From a virus, in the IMG/VR virus record IMGVR_UViG_3300027899_000012, positions 26,243 to 90,242 of that record: DNA of 64,000 nucleotides, one strand, 5' to 3'. The notes under the pieces were generated by a model, which saw only the letters and a program-made list of their open reading frames with translations, did no database searches and was not told the DNA's origin. The position numbers and the translations under genes are program-made. Shown piece by piece: positions 18,349 to 28,297 of this stretch (its first letter is position 1; every line of letters starts with the position of its first letter).

Positions 18349-19387
18349 GTTTCAATCGCTTTCTGGGGTGCCATGCGCCCCATTGGGTTGTGTGTCTGGC
18401 GCATCGCACATGTTGCGCACCTGCGAAGCATCGCCATTTTTTGCGGAGGGTCTGATCGGAAACATTGCGTCAGGCGCGCTGGCCATCGTGGTCGGCAGCA
18501 CGGGCCAGCGATCCGCGGAGCCCTGCCCGGCGACTCGGCGGACGTCGGCCAGCGTCCGGCCGCAACGCCAGCCTGCAGCCGTCCGGAGGGCTCGCCCGCT
18601 CACCAGGGAGGGGGCGCAACCCGGGCGCACCAGGATGGCCACGACGCGAAGCAACCGGGAGGGCTCGCCGGAGTCAAGCGCTCGCTCGGAAGGTCGGGCG
18701 GACGGATCGGGGTGAGCATCAAGCAGGACAAGCGCCCCCCCGTCAACCAGGGGAAGGACTGCGCCAGTGTCGCGCACCCTGCGCTCCCACGTCGAGGGGG
18801 CGAAAAGGGAGCCATCCGAAATCCCAGCTTGCCCACACGTGAGGGGCAAGCGCACACCATGCGCGGCAAGGACAAGCGCCAGCCTTGCGAGCGGTTCGGG
18901 GTGCGTTGTTCGTTCGGATACCATGCAAATATGCCTATAGCACGCGAGAGATCCGGGTGCAACCATGCAACACGCGATCGATCATACGCGCAAATGTGCG
19001 CCCGGTTCACGGTCGGGTTGTGCCGTACCAGGGAGCGGCCCGCGGTTCCTCGGACGGCGAGCCGGTCGGCACGGTCGGCACCAGGGGCGGACGGACCGAT
19101 CGAGCCGTGGACGGTCGGATCCTGGTAGAAGGGCCAGCACCCCACCCCCTCCGGACCCCGCCGGGATGTCGTGGCGATAGTGCCGAACTATCTGCACGAT
19201 GTCGAAAACATCGTGGCGATAAGAGAGAGTCAACGAGCGCGTGCGATCCCTCCTTCCCCTGTGCCCCCTTCCTCCCTTCTTCCCGCGTTCTTCCTTCGGA
19301 ATCCCGCTCCCGACTTCGTCGCCCGATCGCGTTCCTTTTCCCTGGAGCGCACTGGAGTCAACGCTAGCTCCCGTGTACGATTCGATC

Positions 19388-19651
19388 ATGGGACGAAGAC
19401 CCCGCAACATCTATGGGACGCCACAACCCAAGAAGCGTAAGCTTCCCCCTGTGTGCACTTGCAGGGTTTTTCAGCACTTTGTTGGGCACAGATGCACCCC
19501 GGCCTATTACCTTCGGGGACACGGAACGGAGAAAGGAAGAATCGTCCAGGTGCTACGACGCGACGAGCGGTTCCTCACCGCTATCGTTCTCGTTCGCTGG
19601 GATGACGGCGAAGAAAACGAGCGGCACACTGATGACTTGTGGATTTGGTGA
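19388..19651 (+). CDS. small SH3/KOW-like protein
   Basis: GRIVQV...VLVRWDDG; TACGAT-N6-ATG. Confidence 0.6.
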   Translation: MGRRPRNIYGTPQPKKRKLPPVCTCRVFQHFVGHRCTPAYYLRGHGTEKGRIVQVLRRDERFLTAIVLVRWDDGEENERHTDDLWIW

Positions 19652-19713
19652 CACTCGACTGACCGGGTTTGGTGCACTTCCATCAAACAGCCTATTACTG
19701 GTAAGCTTTCACG

Positions 19714-19896
19714 ATGTGCAACGGATGTGCTTCGCAAAACGTGCTCGGAAAATCGGGTTGCTCTTGCACCAAAGGCCTTGGTGCAACGCCAAATCCGAAC
19801 GCTGTGATTTGGGGCGCTTTCGCTGTAGGAGTCGCAGGTTTCCTTGGCGTGCTGTACTTGGCCATGCGAGGCATTTCTCGCGCTTCGGAGCGATGA
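19714..19896 (+). CDS. small membrane protein with GLG motif
   Basis: KGLGAT followed by a TM helix and basic tail; TAAGCT-N6-ATG. Confidence 0.7.
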   Translation: MCNGCASQNVLGKSGCSCTKGLGATPNPNAVIWGAFAVGVAGFLGVLYLAMRGISRASER

Positions 19897-19897
19897 C

Positions 19898-20266
19898 GTG
19901 CTGCGAGTGACGTTTCGACCTGGGCTTGGAACTGAGGTTCCAGTCGCTGCACAACCCGGGCTCCCTGGCTCGGATCCGACCCCTGCTCCCGTTCCAATTC
20001 TTCCCATGCCCCTGATGACGGTCGAAGACCTCGCGCGGCTGCAGGGCGCGGTTCTGTGCCCGCACTGGCAGAGGTTGAACCTTCGCGGCAACTGCGTGGA
20101 CCAGTGGTGGGTGGGGCCTCCGCTCTCCTGGTTCGCGGCCGCGGTAGTTACCACGCTCGGGATGGGACTTATCGGCTGGGCCCTGGTTGCGGCAAGCAAG
20201 ATCAAGCCACTGGAAAAGACGGTTTTCCGGATGCGAAAGGTTGTGAAAGCTCCCACGTGGGAGTAG
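19898..20266 (+). CDS. membrane protein with GLG motif
   Basis: PGLGTE, Pro-rich linker, C-terminal TM and basic tail; GTG start inferred. Confidence 0.65.
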   Translation: MLRVTFRPGLGTEVPVAAQPGLPGSDPTPAPVPILPMPLMTVEDLARLQGAVLCPHWQRLNLRGNCVDQWWVGPPLSWFAAAVVTTLGMGLIGWALVAASKIKPLEKTVFRMRKVVKAPTWE

Positions 20267-20278
20267 AACGACCCGATC

Positions 20279-20482
20279 ATGCGAGCGGAAGACTACGAGT
20301 ACAGGGCGAGGGCGAAGGACTTTCGGTTCGATCAGATGATGCAAGAGGGCCTGTCGAACTGTTGTTTCGAGCGTCTCGAACTCGCGAAGCGAGAATGCCC
20401 GGCGTTGCTCAACCCGAAGGACCCCTTCGCTTGCTCGGTGGTAGCTCTTGCTGCTCGTTCAGGAAGAAAACCCGCGGCCTGA
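20279..20482 (+). CDS. hypothetical protein
   Basis: Short ORF following the two membrane genes. Confidence 0.45.
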   Translation: MRAEDYEYRARAKDFRFDQMMQEGLSNCCFERLELAKRECPALLNPKDPFACSVVALAARSGRKPAA

Positions 20483-20608
20483 AAATCACACGAGCGCGAC
20501 GAGAGAAGCTTGACGAAGAAGCCATTAGCGTGAAGCCCATCCGGATGTGCGCCTTCCAGATGCAGCATCCCCCTGCGAAGCTTTCGAGGCTGCGGAAGCA
20601 GTAGAACG

Positions 20609-20779
20609 TCACGGCGTTTCCTCCGGCTGGCAGTCAGGTGATGTTCCCTTTCCCTGGCATCGACGGCACTGGAACCATCCCAGCATGACCGTGCCCCTTC
20701 CGTCGCACCAGAGGCACCGTTCCGGTTGAGGGCCAGGCACGTTGGGCCACACCAGGAGCTTGCGGAGCCAGGCTAGCAT
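20609..20779 (-). CDS. mini DnaJ-type zinc-finger protein
   Basis: CLWCDGRG and CRRCQGKG. Confidence 0.65.
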   Translation of the reverse strand: MLAWLRKLLVWPNVPGPQPERCLWCDGRGTVMLGWFQCRRCQGKGTSPDCQPEETP

Positions 20780-20949
20780 CACAGCACCAGCCCGTTCTTG
20801 CTCACCGCGATGATGACCGGGATCTCCACGAACTCGGGACCGTTCGGATCGAGGCGAAGGCGCACGCGAGTGCGGAACATAGGCTTCACACGAGCCTTTT
20901 TCTCCCGTTCGAGTCTTCCATCGTTCCACCAGCGCCGGTCGCATTTCAT
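20779..20949 (-). CDS. hypothetical protein (56 aa, not in ORF track)
   Basis: MKCDRRWW...GLVL; coupled to both neighbours. Confidence 0.55.
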   Translation of the reverse strand: MKCDRRWWNDGRLEREKKARVKPMFRTRVRLRLDPNGPEFVEIPVIIAVSKNGLVL

Positions 20950-21362
20950 GACTTCACAAACTCCACGTTCGAGCCCGAAGCGATCTGCGGCACGTGACCT
21001 TCAATCGCGGTCGCGGGAAGGCAAGTCATCGCAACCGGGGGGGATTCTGGCGAGCCGATTCTGATCTCCGCCTGCACCATGATTGGCAGGTTGAAGTCTA
21101 CCGGGAACGTGCTCGTGAACAGAACCCGGGCGAAGATTTCCTTCGCACCCTCGAACTTCGGTCGCAGCTTCAAGAGGTCGCCTTTCATCCACTTGAGCTG
21201 CCATTCTGGCAGGTCGCGAGCGGGCGTCTGGGAGTCTCCCATGTCCACGTAGTCGATCCAGGTGAGCCGGTCGAGGGAAGAGCCCGCAGCCGGGGGTTGA
21301 GCGAGGGAAGGCTTCGGAGGGATGACGCCGAAGATGTCCAGCTGGTCGTTAGCGATCTTCAT
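20946..21362 (-). CDS. hypothetical protein
   Basis: ATGA-coupled ORF. Confidence 0.65.
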   Translation of the reverse strand: MKIANDQLDIFGVIPPKPSLAQPPAAGSSLDRLTWIDYVDMGDSQTPARDLPEWQLKWMKGDLLKLRPKFEGAKEIFARVLFTSTFPVDFNLPIMVQAEIRIGSPESPPVAMTCLPATAIEGHVPQIASGSNVEFVKS

Positions 21363-21598
21363 GCGGGCGGCTGCAATTCTCCCACGGAACGGGACACAGA
21401 CTCCATCCCTTCAGCGATAGATTTTCCACATGTCTCGATCGCCTCCGCAACGGACATTCCCTCCCGTTCGCTGTATTTGAGGGCGTAGAGCAGTTTCGTT
21501 TGCGCCTCAGCAACAGCGTGAAGGCCAGCAGCCACGTTCAAGACCGCGTTCACCATCGGATCATCTACACCTACGAAATTCACAGGTTTCCAGTCCAT
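21359..21598 (-). CDS. hypothetical protein
   Basis: SD-led coupled ORF. Confidence 0.7.
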   Translation of the reverse strand: MDWKPVNFVGVDDPMVNAVLNVAAGLHAVAEAQTKLLYALKYSEREGMSVAEAIETCGKSIAEGMESVSRSVGELQPPA

Positions 21599-22003
21599 TT
21601 ATCCTACCTCCATCGTTCCGTCCCATCCGAGCGCGAATGCCTTCGCGAGGCCCAAAGCGCACGCGTTCGTGTAGTCGTCGCCGAAACGCGTGATGACGTC
21701 CATTTGCGAAGAACGCTGCTGCGGCAAACCGATCCACACTTCGATCCAGCGCCCCTCGCTTGCCTGCTCTTTCGATGCCGCGTTCTGAGCCGCGGTGCGA
21801 TAGGGAGCAACGTCGCAAAGGGCTTCGCTGCGCTCTCCCAGCAAGCGCACGAGGAAGCGATCTTCGCTCCATCTCGCCGATGCCACGTCTGTGCCGAAGA
21901 ACTGGTGGATGACTTTGAGCACCTGCTCGCGCGAGGGCTTCACGCGTTGTCCCGAGGTTTGGCCGCTCTTGTGCTTCCAGTACACGAAGATGTCACTTGC
22001 CAT
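21599..22003 (-). CDS. hypothetical protein
   Basis: MASDIFVYW... after GGAGAGG. Confidence 0.7.
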   Translation of the reverse strand: MASDIFVYWKHKSGQTSGQRVKPSREQVLKVIHQFFGTDVASARWSEDRFLVRLLGERSEALCDVAPYRTAAQNAASKEQASEGRWIEVWIGLPQQRSSQMDVITRFGDDYTNACALGLAKAFALGWDGTMEVG

Positions 22004-22286
22004 CGCGCACGACCTCTCCTTCCGTATCGCTACCGACGCGGAGGGATCCTTCGGGTCCTTTTTTCTGGTGCTCGCGCACCACACGGATGTTGTGGACCTT
22101 CATGTCTCCGCCCATGAGCGCGCAGTATAGGATGCTTCGCGTGTCCGCGACACCAGTGGTAGATCCAACACCCACGAACCTGCCCTCCTCGTCGGTGACG
22201 ATCACCACAACCCGGCATCCGGGCTCGGGTAAAACAACGGCTTTCGCAGTGGATTGAGCGAGTGTTGCCATTTCTTCGCGCTTCAT
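21993..22286 (-). CDS. hypothetical protein
   Basis: SD-led ORF in the operon. Confidence 0.65.
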   Translation of the reverse strand: MKREEMATLAQSTAKAVVLPEPGCRVVVIVTDEEGRFVGVGSTTGVADTRSILYCALMGGDMKVHNIRVVREHQKKGPEGSLRVGSDTEGEVVRDGK

Positions 22287-22290
22287 GTCC

Positions 22291-22587
22291 TCACCAGTCC
22301 TGCTTGTTGCGCCATTTGAAGTACGAGTCGCCGTACACGGCGTTCATGGCCGCTTCATACACGTAGTACTTGAAATCGTCGTCGGGAGCCTGATGAACGA
22401 CTTCTGCTTCCACTCCCCTCGCGATCACCTGTCGAAGAACAGTGAAATCCGGCGAGGCGACCATCATGGGAACATCTGTGGCCGCGCGCGTTCTTCGTTC
22501 GAGTTCCTCCGCAATTTTTCCCTCGCGCATCCTTCGCTCAAGCTCCGCCTGAATCACGGACAAGGGAATGTCTTTGAGTTCGGTCAT
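22291..22587 (-). CDS. hypothetical protein
   Basis: MTELKDIP...; ATGA coupling. Confidence 0.7.
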   Translation of the reverse strand: MTELKDIPLSVIQAELERRMREGKIAEELERRTRAATDVPMMVASPDFTVLRQVIARGVEAEVVHQAPDDDFKYYVYEAAMNAVYGDSYFKWRNKQDW

Positions 22588-22799
22588 GGGTTCTGCCCGC
22601 CTTTCATCGCTTCTGCGTTCGATCTGGAGAGAGCGCGAGCGGCCGAACTGGCGGAACGAGCTTCGGGTGACGACGAAATGAACCGGTGGCCGTACGGTCG
22701 GTTGCAATCCAAACAGACCCATTCGGATCCTTGACCGTAGTCTGGACTTTTTAACTCGACGCGAGAGCCTCCGCAGTCAGGACAAAGAACCTTACCCAT
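22584..22799 (-). CDS. zinc-ribbon protein
   Basis: CPDCGG and CLDC. Confidence 0.65.
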   Translation of the reverse strand: MGKVLCPDCGGSRVELKSPDYGQGSEWVCLDCNRPYGHRFISSSPEARSASSAARALSRSNAEAMKGGQNP

Positions 22800-23391
22800 T
22801 CTGCCCGCCTTTCTTGGCCTGCCGGGTCGTGTACCAAGCTCGCAACCGCTTGGCTTCCCTCTCCAAGGTCGCCACCACGTCCTCCGTGACTTCGTCAGGA
22901 TGGCCGCAGAATCGATGAACGCCCGTCTCGCAGCCCCCGGAGCACCAGACCCAGTGGAGCGCGTCCAGGGCCCGGTTCCGGCGCTCGGCAGCGGTTTGCA
23001 TGCCGGCGATCGTCCCTCGCAACCGCTTGATGACCGCAAGGGCCCCCAGGAGCTTCAGCTCGTGTGCCGACTGCTCGCACTGGCTCTGCGCCTTGGCGAC
23101 AATGGCTGTGATAATCTGCTCGGAAATGATCGTGGCTCCGCACATGGCGCAGCAGCCGTCCTCGTCGCACTTCTCGACCTGGCCGCACTGCGGGCACCAC
23201 ATGGGCTCGGGCCGGGCGGGAACGGCCAGGATGGAAGGGGGCGGAGGGCCGGCGTTCACGTCCGAGACCATCCTGTAGAAGTCGTCGCTGATTCTCCGTG
23301 TGCGAAAAGCAGCTATGCGGAACTTGAATGCGCACGTTCCAGCGTCGCACGTGGACAGGTTGTCCGGAGTGGATTTCTTGCAGTCGTTCAT
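22792..23391 (-). CDS. Cys-rich hypothetical protein
   Basis: MNDCKKST...; CPQC and CAMC. Confidence 0.65.
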   Translation of the reverse strand: MNDCKKSTPDNLSTCDAGTCAFKFRIAAFRTRRISDDFYRMVSDVNAGPPPPSILAVPARPEPMWCPQCGQVEKCDEDGCCAMCGATIISEQIITAIVAKAQSQCEQSAHELKLLGALAVIKRLRGTIAGMQTAAERRNRALDALHWVWCSGGCETGVHRFCGHPDEVTEDVVATLEREAKRLRAWYTTRQAKKGGQNG

Positions 23392-24014
23392 CACAACCTC
23401 TGCAGTTCTTCGAGGATACGACTGATCGCCCACGCCTTTTCGGGATCGGTCGGAAACTCGTCCTCGGTGTCGGGATCCTCAGAACCGTCCTCGCCGTTGG
23501 ACTCCTCCCGGGCGTTGTCGCCATCGCAGTGGCCCTGGATGTACGCTTCTTTCACGAGCGATCGAAGCCTGTTGGAGACAAGCTCCGCCGTGTGCGCCCT
23601 GCACCGCCAACGCTCGAACGCTGGCGACGGGCCGTCTGGATCTGGCCCTTGCGCCTCGCGGGCTATGTGAGCTTCTAACCGCTCTATGTCTTTGCGATCG
23701 ATGTCTCGGCACCTTCGCAACGTCTCGCATTCGGCTTCCGCGCTCTTGGCCGACACGAGCGCGTCCACGAGCTTGGCGCCCATCTCGACATTCGCTCGGA
23801 TCGTGTTCTTGTAGTCCTCGCGAAGCTGCTCCAACTCCACGAGGAAACCCGCCTTCAAGAACGATCGAGCCATCGAAAGCGCGGCGCCACCGAAGCGGGT
23901 CATCTTCGCCAGGAACTGCTGCTGGCGGAGGTGCTTGTCGCGCGAAGGCGCCCCCATCCAATCCACGAAGGTGCGGCTGAGTTCTTCCAGCTGTTCCGCG
24001 GTCGGAGCGTTCAT
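23391..24014 (-). CDS. coiled-coil hypothetical protein
   Basis: MNAPTAEQ...; coupled. Confidence 0.7.
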   Translation of the reverse strand: MNAPTAEQLEELSRTFVDWMGAPSRDKHLRQQQFLAKMTRFGGAALSMARSFLKAGFLVELEQLREDYKNTIRANVEMGAKLVDALVSAKSAEAECETLRRCRDIDRKDIERLEAHIAREAQGPDPDGPSPAFERWRCRAHTAELVSNRLRSLVKEAYIQGHCDGDNAREESNGEDGSEDPDTEDEFPTDPEKAWAISRILEELQRL

Positions 24015-25603
24015 TTTCGCGTCTCCACAACGGCGTGCACCCACTGGTCGAAAATCTTGTCTTGATCGGGCGTGTTGGTGTCGCATGGCCGGACGAGGAA
24101 GAATTGGCCGTCCACGAGCTTGCGTGACAGGCGAATGATCTCGCGTGCAGTGTCTCGCTCCCTTCGCATGATCGTGATCGCGGCCAGAGCCTTCGCCATG
24201 TTGGTGCCTGGCTCGGGGACGGGAAGCAGGAGTTCTCCGGCAGCTGCAACAACGTCGGCGCGAGCTTCCCTCAGCTTCTCATCCAACTGCCGAACGAGGT
24301 CGTGGCGGTTGTGCATCCACTGTCCCAGGCTGCCGTTGACTTGCAGGTCCCAGCCGAGCTTGCGGGCGTCCTGCGTGAGCGCGTTCAGGACTTCGTCGCG
24401 TTCTTTGACGCGTTCTCTCAGTACCTCGATCGTGGTCTGGCAAGTGGTTGCCTCTCCCACCAGCCCCTGAAGGAATTCGTCCGACACCGAATCGGACAGG
24501 CTCGCACCGATCGCTCGCCCTACGTCAATCAGCGTGGATCGAAGCGCACGGACACGATTTTCTTCGTGCTTCCAGTTCGCGCAGGGGTCGCAAAGGGCGG
24601 GGCTGTCATCGCCCGCTCCGTGCGAGACGGGCCAGACCAGGCCACAACCGGCGCATCGGAACGTGGCGTTTGGATCGATCGGTAGAACGTCGAGGACCGT
24701 GTCGAAGCGGCCACCGGCCGATGTAGAGAGACAGACGCCGGTGACGACCGTGTAGCGTTGCCCACCCTCGATGACTTCTTGAAGCGTGTCACTGTTCGCG
24801 TACAGCATCTGCCGGGGACCGGCAGCGAAGCACCAGCCCTTCAGGCCTTCGGGGGCGGGCTCAACTGCGCGGTGTTCCGTCGGGTTCAGCGTCTGCTTGT
24901 GGCTCCACGTCACAAGGTCCTCGACCGTCGAATTGCCCATGCGTCGTCCGGTGCAAAGCATGTAGTTCGCCACCAACTCGTCGATCGCCTTGTGAAGGAA
25001 AGCATGGCGCTCGACGTGCTCATCCTTCGCTTGTTGGACGGGTTGCGGCGAGGGGGAGCCGGGGCTCGGGCTTCCCGACTTCTTCCACAGGCCCTCGAAG
25101 TAGGAGGCGTTTGTGAACAGGCGATCGATTGCCTTCGCCACCTCGTGACCCTTGGGCGTCAGCTGCCCCCAGGCCTGCCCCACAGACGCTTGCCACAACC
25201 CATCGAGGTCCCGCTGGTGCATCGATCGCTCGTCGTCGAGCGCGCGCTGCGTGGACGCGAGCTTGTCTCTTAGATCCTGCATTTCCTCTTGGGCGCGGCC
25301 CCAAGCCTTCTGGTTTGCTTCGAGCGCCGACTTCGCTTCGGCAAGCTCGACCCTCACGCTGTGCAACGCGGCACCTGTCAGTTCCCATTCCTCCGGTCCA
25401 GGGGCCTTCGACGACTTCGCATCCGGCCCCACGAGTTTCGCCCAGTACACGAGCGATGCAGCGTACGCGCACGCTTCCGTTCGATCCATGTACGCCACCG
25501 CCATGCCGCCGGTTTCAGGAAGAGTCATCGACAAAGCGACGCATTTCTTCCCCTGCACCGGCTCGCCCAATCCGACGGTCACGTTTGCTCTGAAAAGTTC
25601 CAT
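24011..25603 (-). CDS. large mosaic coiled-coil/zinc-finger hypothetical protein
   Basis: 530 aa ORF with CAGC and CDPC. Confidence 0.75.
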   Translation of the reverse strand: MELFRANVTVGLGEPVQGKKCVALSMTLPETGGMAVAYMDRTEACAYAASLVYWAKLVGPDAKSSKAPGPEEWELTGAALHSVRVELAEAKSALEANQKAWGRAQEEMQDLRDKLASTQRALDDERSMHQRDLDGLWQASVGQAWGQLTPKGHEVAKAIDRLFTNASYFEGLWKKSGSPSPGSPSPQPVQQAKDEHVERHAFLHKAIDELVANYMLCTGRRMGNSTVEDLVTWSHKQTLNPTEHRAVEPAPEGLKGWCFAAGPRQMLYANSDTLQEVIEGGQRYTVVTGVCLSTSAGGRFDTVLDVLPIDPNATFRCAGCGLVWPVSHGAGDDSPALCDPCANWKHEENRVRALRSTLIDVGRAIGASLSDSVSDEFLQGLVGEATTCQTTIEVLRERVKERDEVLNALTQDARKLGWDLQVNGSLGQWMHNRHDLVRQLDEKLREARADVVAAAGELLLPVPEPGTNMAKALAAITIMRRERDTAREIIRLSRKLVDGQFFLVRPCDTNTPDQDKIFDQWVHAVVETRK

Positions 25604-25607
25604 GTGC

Positions 25608-26315
25608 TCAGCACCCTTCCGTCATCGCGTCCTGAATTTGTCGGCGTAGATCGTTCACCTGCGACATGAGCTTGTTGCGCTCATCGGCCGCCGCTCCGTA
25701 CCGGCGTTCGCTCTCGTCGAGGAGGTGTCGAAGTTCCTGCACGTCGGCGATTGCGGCATCGACCACAACCGGGGCGTTGCCTGCGCCGGGCTCCAAGGCC
25801 TCCCCGATCGCGCCGAACAGACTGCGCTGCGTTTGGACGAGGCAAGCGTAGCTGTGATCTCGCGCCGCGAACCCGTCTGCCATCTGCTTCTTGAGCGATT
25901 GCACGACCAAGGCATGATCCTTCTCGTGCTGCTGGCAAACATCGAGTTCCCTCATCAGCCGCTTGGCTACGCTGGTAAGAGTCTCGGTTGAAGTGCTGTG
26001 CAGAATCCCGTGCAACACGTCTGCCTCGTGCTGCTCCATCGGCTCAACATCAGGCATGGCGTGCACGAGTTCGTCGCGCCAGTCGGCGCGGAGCCTTTTC
26101 GCCTCGTCTTCCAACTTCACGAAGCGCTTCTCTCCTTTCATCAGCGCCCGATCGATGTGCTCGCGAAGCAGAGCGGCCATGGCCGTCACCTGCTCCTTCG
26201 ACTCCGCGCGAAGCTTCTCGGACATCGCTTCCACCTGGCGTTGCGCGCACTCCCCAGAGTGATTTTCCGCGCCCACGAGCACCTTTCCGCAGTACGCGCA
26301 CGAGAAGGTTCCCAT
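25608..26315 (-). CDS. coiled-coil protein with N-terminal zinc finger
   Basis: CAYC...H...C; GGAGG SD. Confidence 0.7.
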   Translation of the reverse strand: MGTFSCAYCGKVLVGAENHSGECAQRQVEAMSEKLRAESKEQVTAMAALLREHIDRALMKGEKRFVKLEDEAKRLRADWRDELVHAMPDVEPMEQHEADVLHGILHSTSTETLTSVAKRLMRELDVCQQHEKDHALVVQSLKKQMADGFAARDHSYACLVQTQRSLFGAIGEALEPGAGNAPVVVDAAIADVQELRHLLDESERRYGAAADERNKLMSQVNDLRRQIQDAMTEGC

Positions 26316-26316
26316 A

Positions 26317-27156
26317 TCAGCCTCCCACCATCACGACCGCCTCTTCCCACAACCGGGCGAGAAGTCCGTCGGGAGCGATGACGCGCACTTCTCTCTGGCG
26401 ACCGCAGTTGTCGCTCACGTTGATGTGCACTTGCCACAGTGGGCCGTCTGCCGGCGTTTCTCTAAGCACTTCGGCGTTGCAATTCGAGAGGATGAAGGGG
26501 CGATTGTCGAAGCGTCCCTCGCCTTCCACTGGATCCAAGATGCCCGGTCGCGCCTTGCTGGCGAGGGCCCGCACCATGCGCGCCAGCCTGATATCGGTGT
26601 CCCTGTCGAGGATGGCGAAACTTTCGCTCACGGAGAAGCCTGTCTTTCGCGCCCAGGCAACCGGATCGTTCACCCTGCTCCCCAGGATCGATTTCTCGTA
26701 ATCGATCGCCCACCGAAGAAGCGCGTTCTCCAGCGGCTCCACGTCTCCTGCCGCCCACTCGTTCCATGCGCGCGTGAAAGCCCGCAGCCCGACGTGCAAC
26801 CTCTCCCCGTCGCCCTTGTAGGATTGGCCGTTGCTGGATGCGTGCAACACCAAACATCGATCGGGCGTGTCCCCGTCGCCCAGCATCACGCATCCTACGA
26901 AATGGTGGATGGAGGTGCCGGTGATCGTGATGCAGTCCGCCTGCACGACCGCCTGTGCGGACACGCCCGCCTTCGTCACAGCGGCCGACAGGATCTGCCA
27001 GTCCTTCTGCGACATGTGAGAGCGCTTGCACCAACACTGGCTCGGGATGGGAGGGACGCTGAGTTCTCGCACCTTCTCTTCGTATCGCTCCCGTTCCTTG
27101 GCAATCTGGGCCACGCCGATGCGCTGAATGAACGAGCCTTCCAACTTGAACGTCAT
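26317..27156 (-). CDS. hypothetical protein
   Basis: 279 aa; ATGA coupling. Confidence 0.75.
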   Translation of the reverse strand: MTFKLEGSFIQRIGVAQIAKERERYEEKVRELSVPPIPSQCWCKRSHMSQKDWQILSAAVTKAGVSAQAVVQADCITITGTSIHHFVGCVMLGDGDTPDRCLVLHASSNGQSYKGDGERLHVGLRAFTRAWNEWAAGDVEPLENALLRWAIDYEKSILGSRVNDPVAWARKTGFSVSESFAILDRDTDIRLARMVRALASKARPGILDPVEGEGRFDNRPFILSNCNAEVLRETPADGPLWQVHINVSDNCGRQREVRVIAPDGLLARLWEEAVVMVGG

Positions 27157-27380
27157 TGATCATCTCCTTCGATCTCAGGATTCGCCAGCATCTTGCTCAC
27201 CATGGCGTCGATGTGCTCCGGCGGGATCCCCTGCTTCACCATGCCCTTGCGCACGGAAATCAACGCTTCGATCGCTTCCGGCGTCATCGTGGTGACGCAG
27301 CGGTGGCACTCCTGGTAGGCCCATCCCGTGCGTTCCTGCAGAGCGCGCGCCTTCTTCTTGTGCGGGCTTTTCTGCGTCAT
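27153..27380 (-). CDS. hypothetical protein
   Basis: MTQKSPHKK... after GGAGG. Confidence 0.65.
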   Translation of the reverse strand: MTQKSPHKKKARALQERTGWAYQECHRCVTTMTPEAIEALISVRKGMVKQGIPPEHIDAMVSKMLANPEIEGDDQ

Positions 27381-27382
27381 GG

Positions 27383-27568
27383 TCAGCCTCCCCCTTCCAT
27401 CATGGAGCGGTAGGGATCCCAGCACGCATCGTGGATCCAGAATTCGCGCCCTTCCTCGCCGATGCTCAACCGGCGGCCCTTCTCAACGGCCTGGTTGCAC
27501 CAGACGCATTTCGTCGGCTTGGGGGGAACGGTGGGGGGCGGCGATTGATCGTCGAGGGGGCATCGCAT
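27383..27568 (-). CDS. small zinc-finger protein
   Basis: CVWC...HDAC; leaderless promoter directly upstream. Confidence 0.6.
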   Translation of the reverse strand: MRCPLDDQSPPPTVPPKPTKCVWCNQAVEKGRRLSIGEEGREFWIHDACWDPYRSMMEGGG

Positions 27569-27574
27569 CGCACA

Positions 27575-27603
27575 TGCTTAGCAAGTGCGTAGCTTTGCGT
27601 CAA
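27575..27603 (-). promoter_or_regulatory. leaderless-type promoter overlapped by a 21-bp near-palindrome
   Basis: TTGACG-N17-TAAGCA-N6-ATG(27568). Confidence 0.6.
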
Positions 27604-27606
27604 CGG

Positions 27607-27882
27607 CTATTTCGGAGGGGCGTCTTTCGCGGCTTCTTCGGCGGCGAACACCTCGCACAGCGTCTTGCCGACGGGCTTCACGCTCAGCCACCGACAGACC
27701 TGCACCTTGGCTGTACCGTCCTCCGCGAACGATTCAACTCGCCACATCCAGCCCGGCGCTCCGGGAACCAGGAAGTGCCACGCAGCCAGGCGGCTTTTTC
27801 GTTGCGCGACGGTGTCGTACGGCTGCTTCAAGTGCTCTCGCACGTCAGCTTCGATAGCGCTCATTTTCTCCGCGGTCATCAT
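27607..27882 (-). CDS. hypothetical protein
   Basis: MMTAEKMSA...; coupled. Confidence 0.6.
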   Translation of the reverse strand: MMTAEKMSAIEADVREHLKQPYDTVAQRKSRLAAWHFLVPGAPGWMWRVESFAEDGTAKVQVCRWLSVKPVGKTLCEVFAAEEAAKDAPPK

Positions 27883-28067
27883 CACTTGTACCCCGTGCTT
27901 CCCCACCGGCCGCCCTTGAGCGCGAAGTTGCAGGACGAGATCAGCCTGTGGGCGCTTTCTTTCTTGCACTTCGGGCACACCTTGTCGGGATCTTCCTTGA
28001 TGCTTTGTTCCTGCTCCCAGCTGTGCGCGCAGTCAGGATCCAAGCACTCGTAGTCGTAGGTCGGCAT
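27882..28067 (-). CDS. FmdB-family zinc-ribbon protein
   Basis: MPTYDYEC...CPKC...RLIS...FALKGGRW..TGY. Confidence 0.88.
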   Translation of the reverse strand: MPTYDYECLDPDCAHSWEQEQSIKEDPDKVCPKCKKESAHRLISSCNFALKGGRWGSTGYK

Positions 28068-28069
28068 CG

Positions 28070-28297
28070 CTAGTTCACCATCGTTGTGGGAGACAGTCCT
28101 CTCTTCTCGTTCCAGGCCGCCGCACACTGCCCTCCGCACACGGGCTTGTTCGTGCCCATCTCGAACCACCAGCCGTAGACGGACGCCGCAATCATTTGAG
28201 CTTCCTCCGCGCCCGCCGGAGTCGATACGATGAGCATCTTCCTGCAGTTTTCGCACGTGAACTTGTGCTCGACCTCGATCTTGGCGGGCTCGCTCAT
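28070..28297 (-). CDS. zinc-finger hypothetical protein
   Basis: CENC and CGGQC. Confidence 0.65.
   Translation of the reverse strand: MSEPAKIEVEHKFTCENCRKMLIVSTPAGAEEAQMIAASVYGWWFEMGTNKPVCGGQCAAAWNEKRGLSPTTMVN

Noticed and set aside
18352-18966. 204 aa ORF as a real gene
   Set aside because: No motif, no clear start signal and low-information composition; left uncalled.
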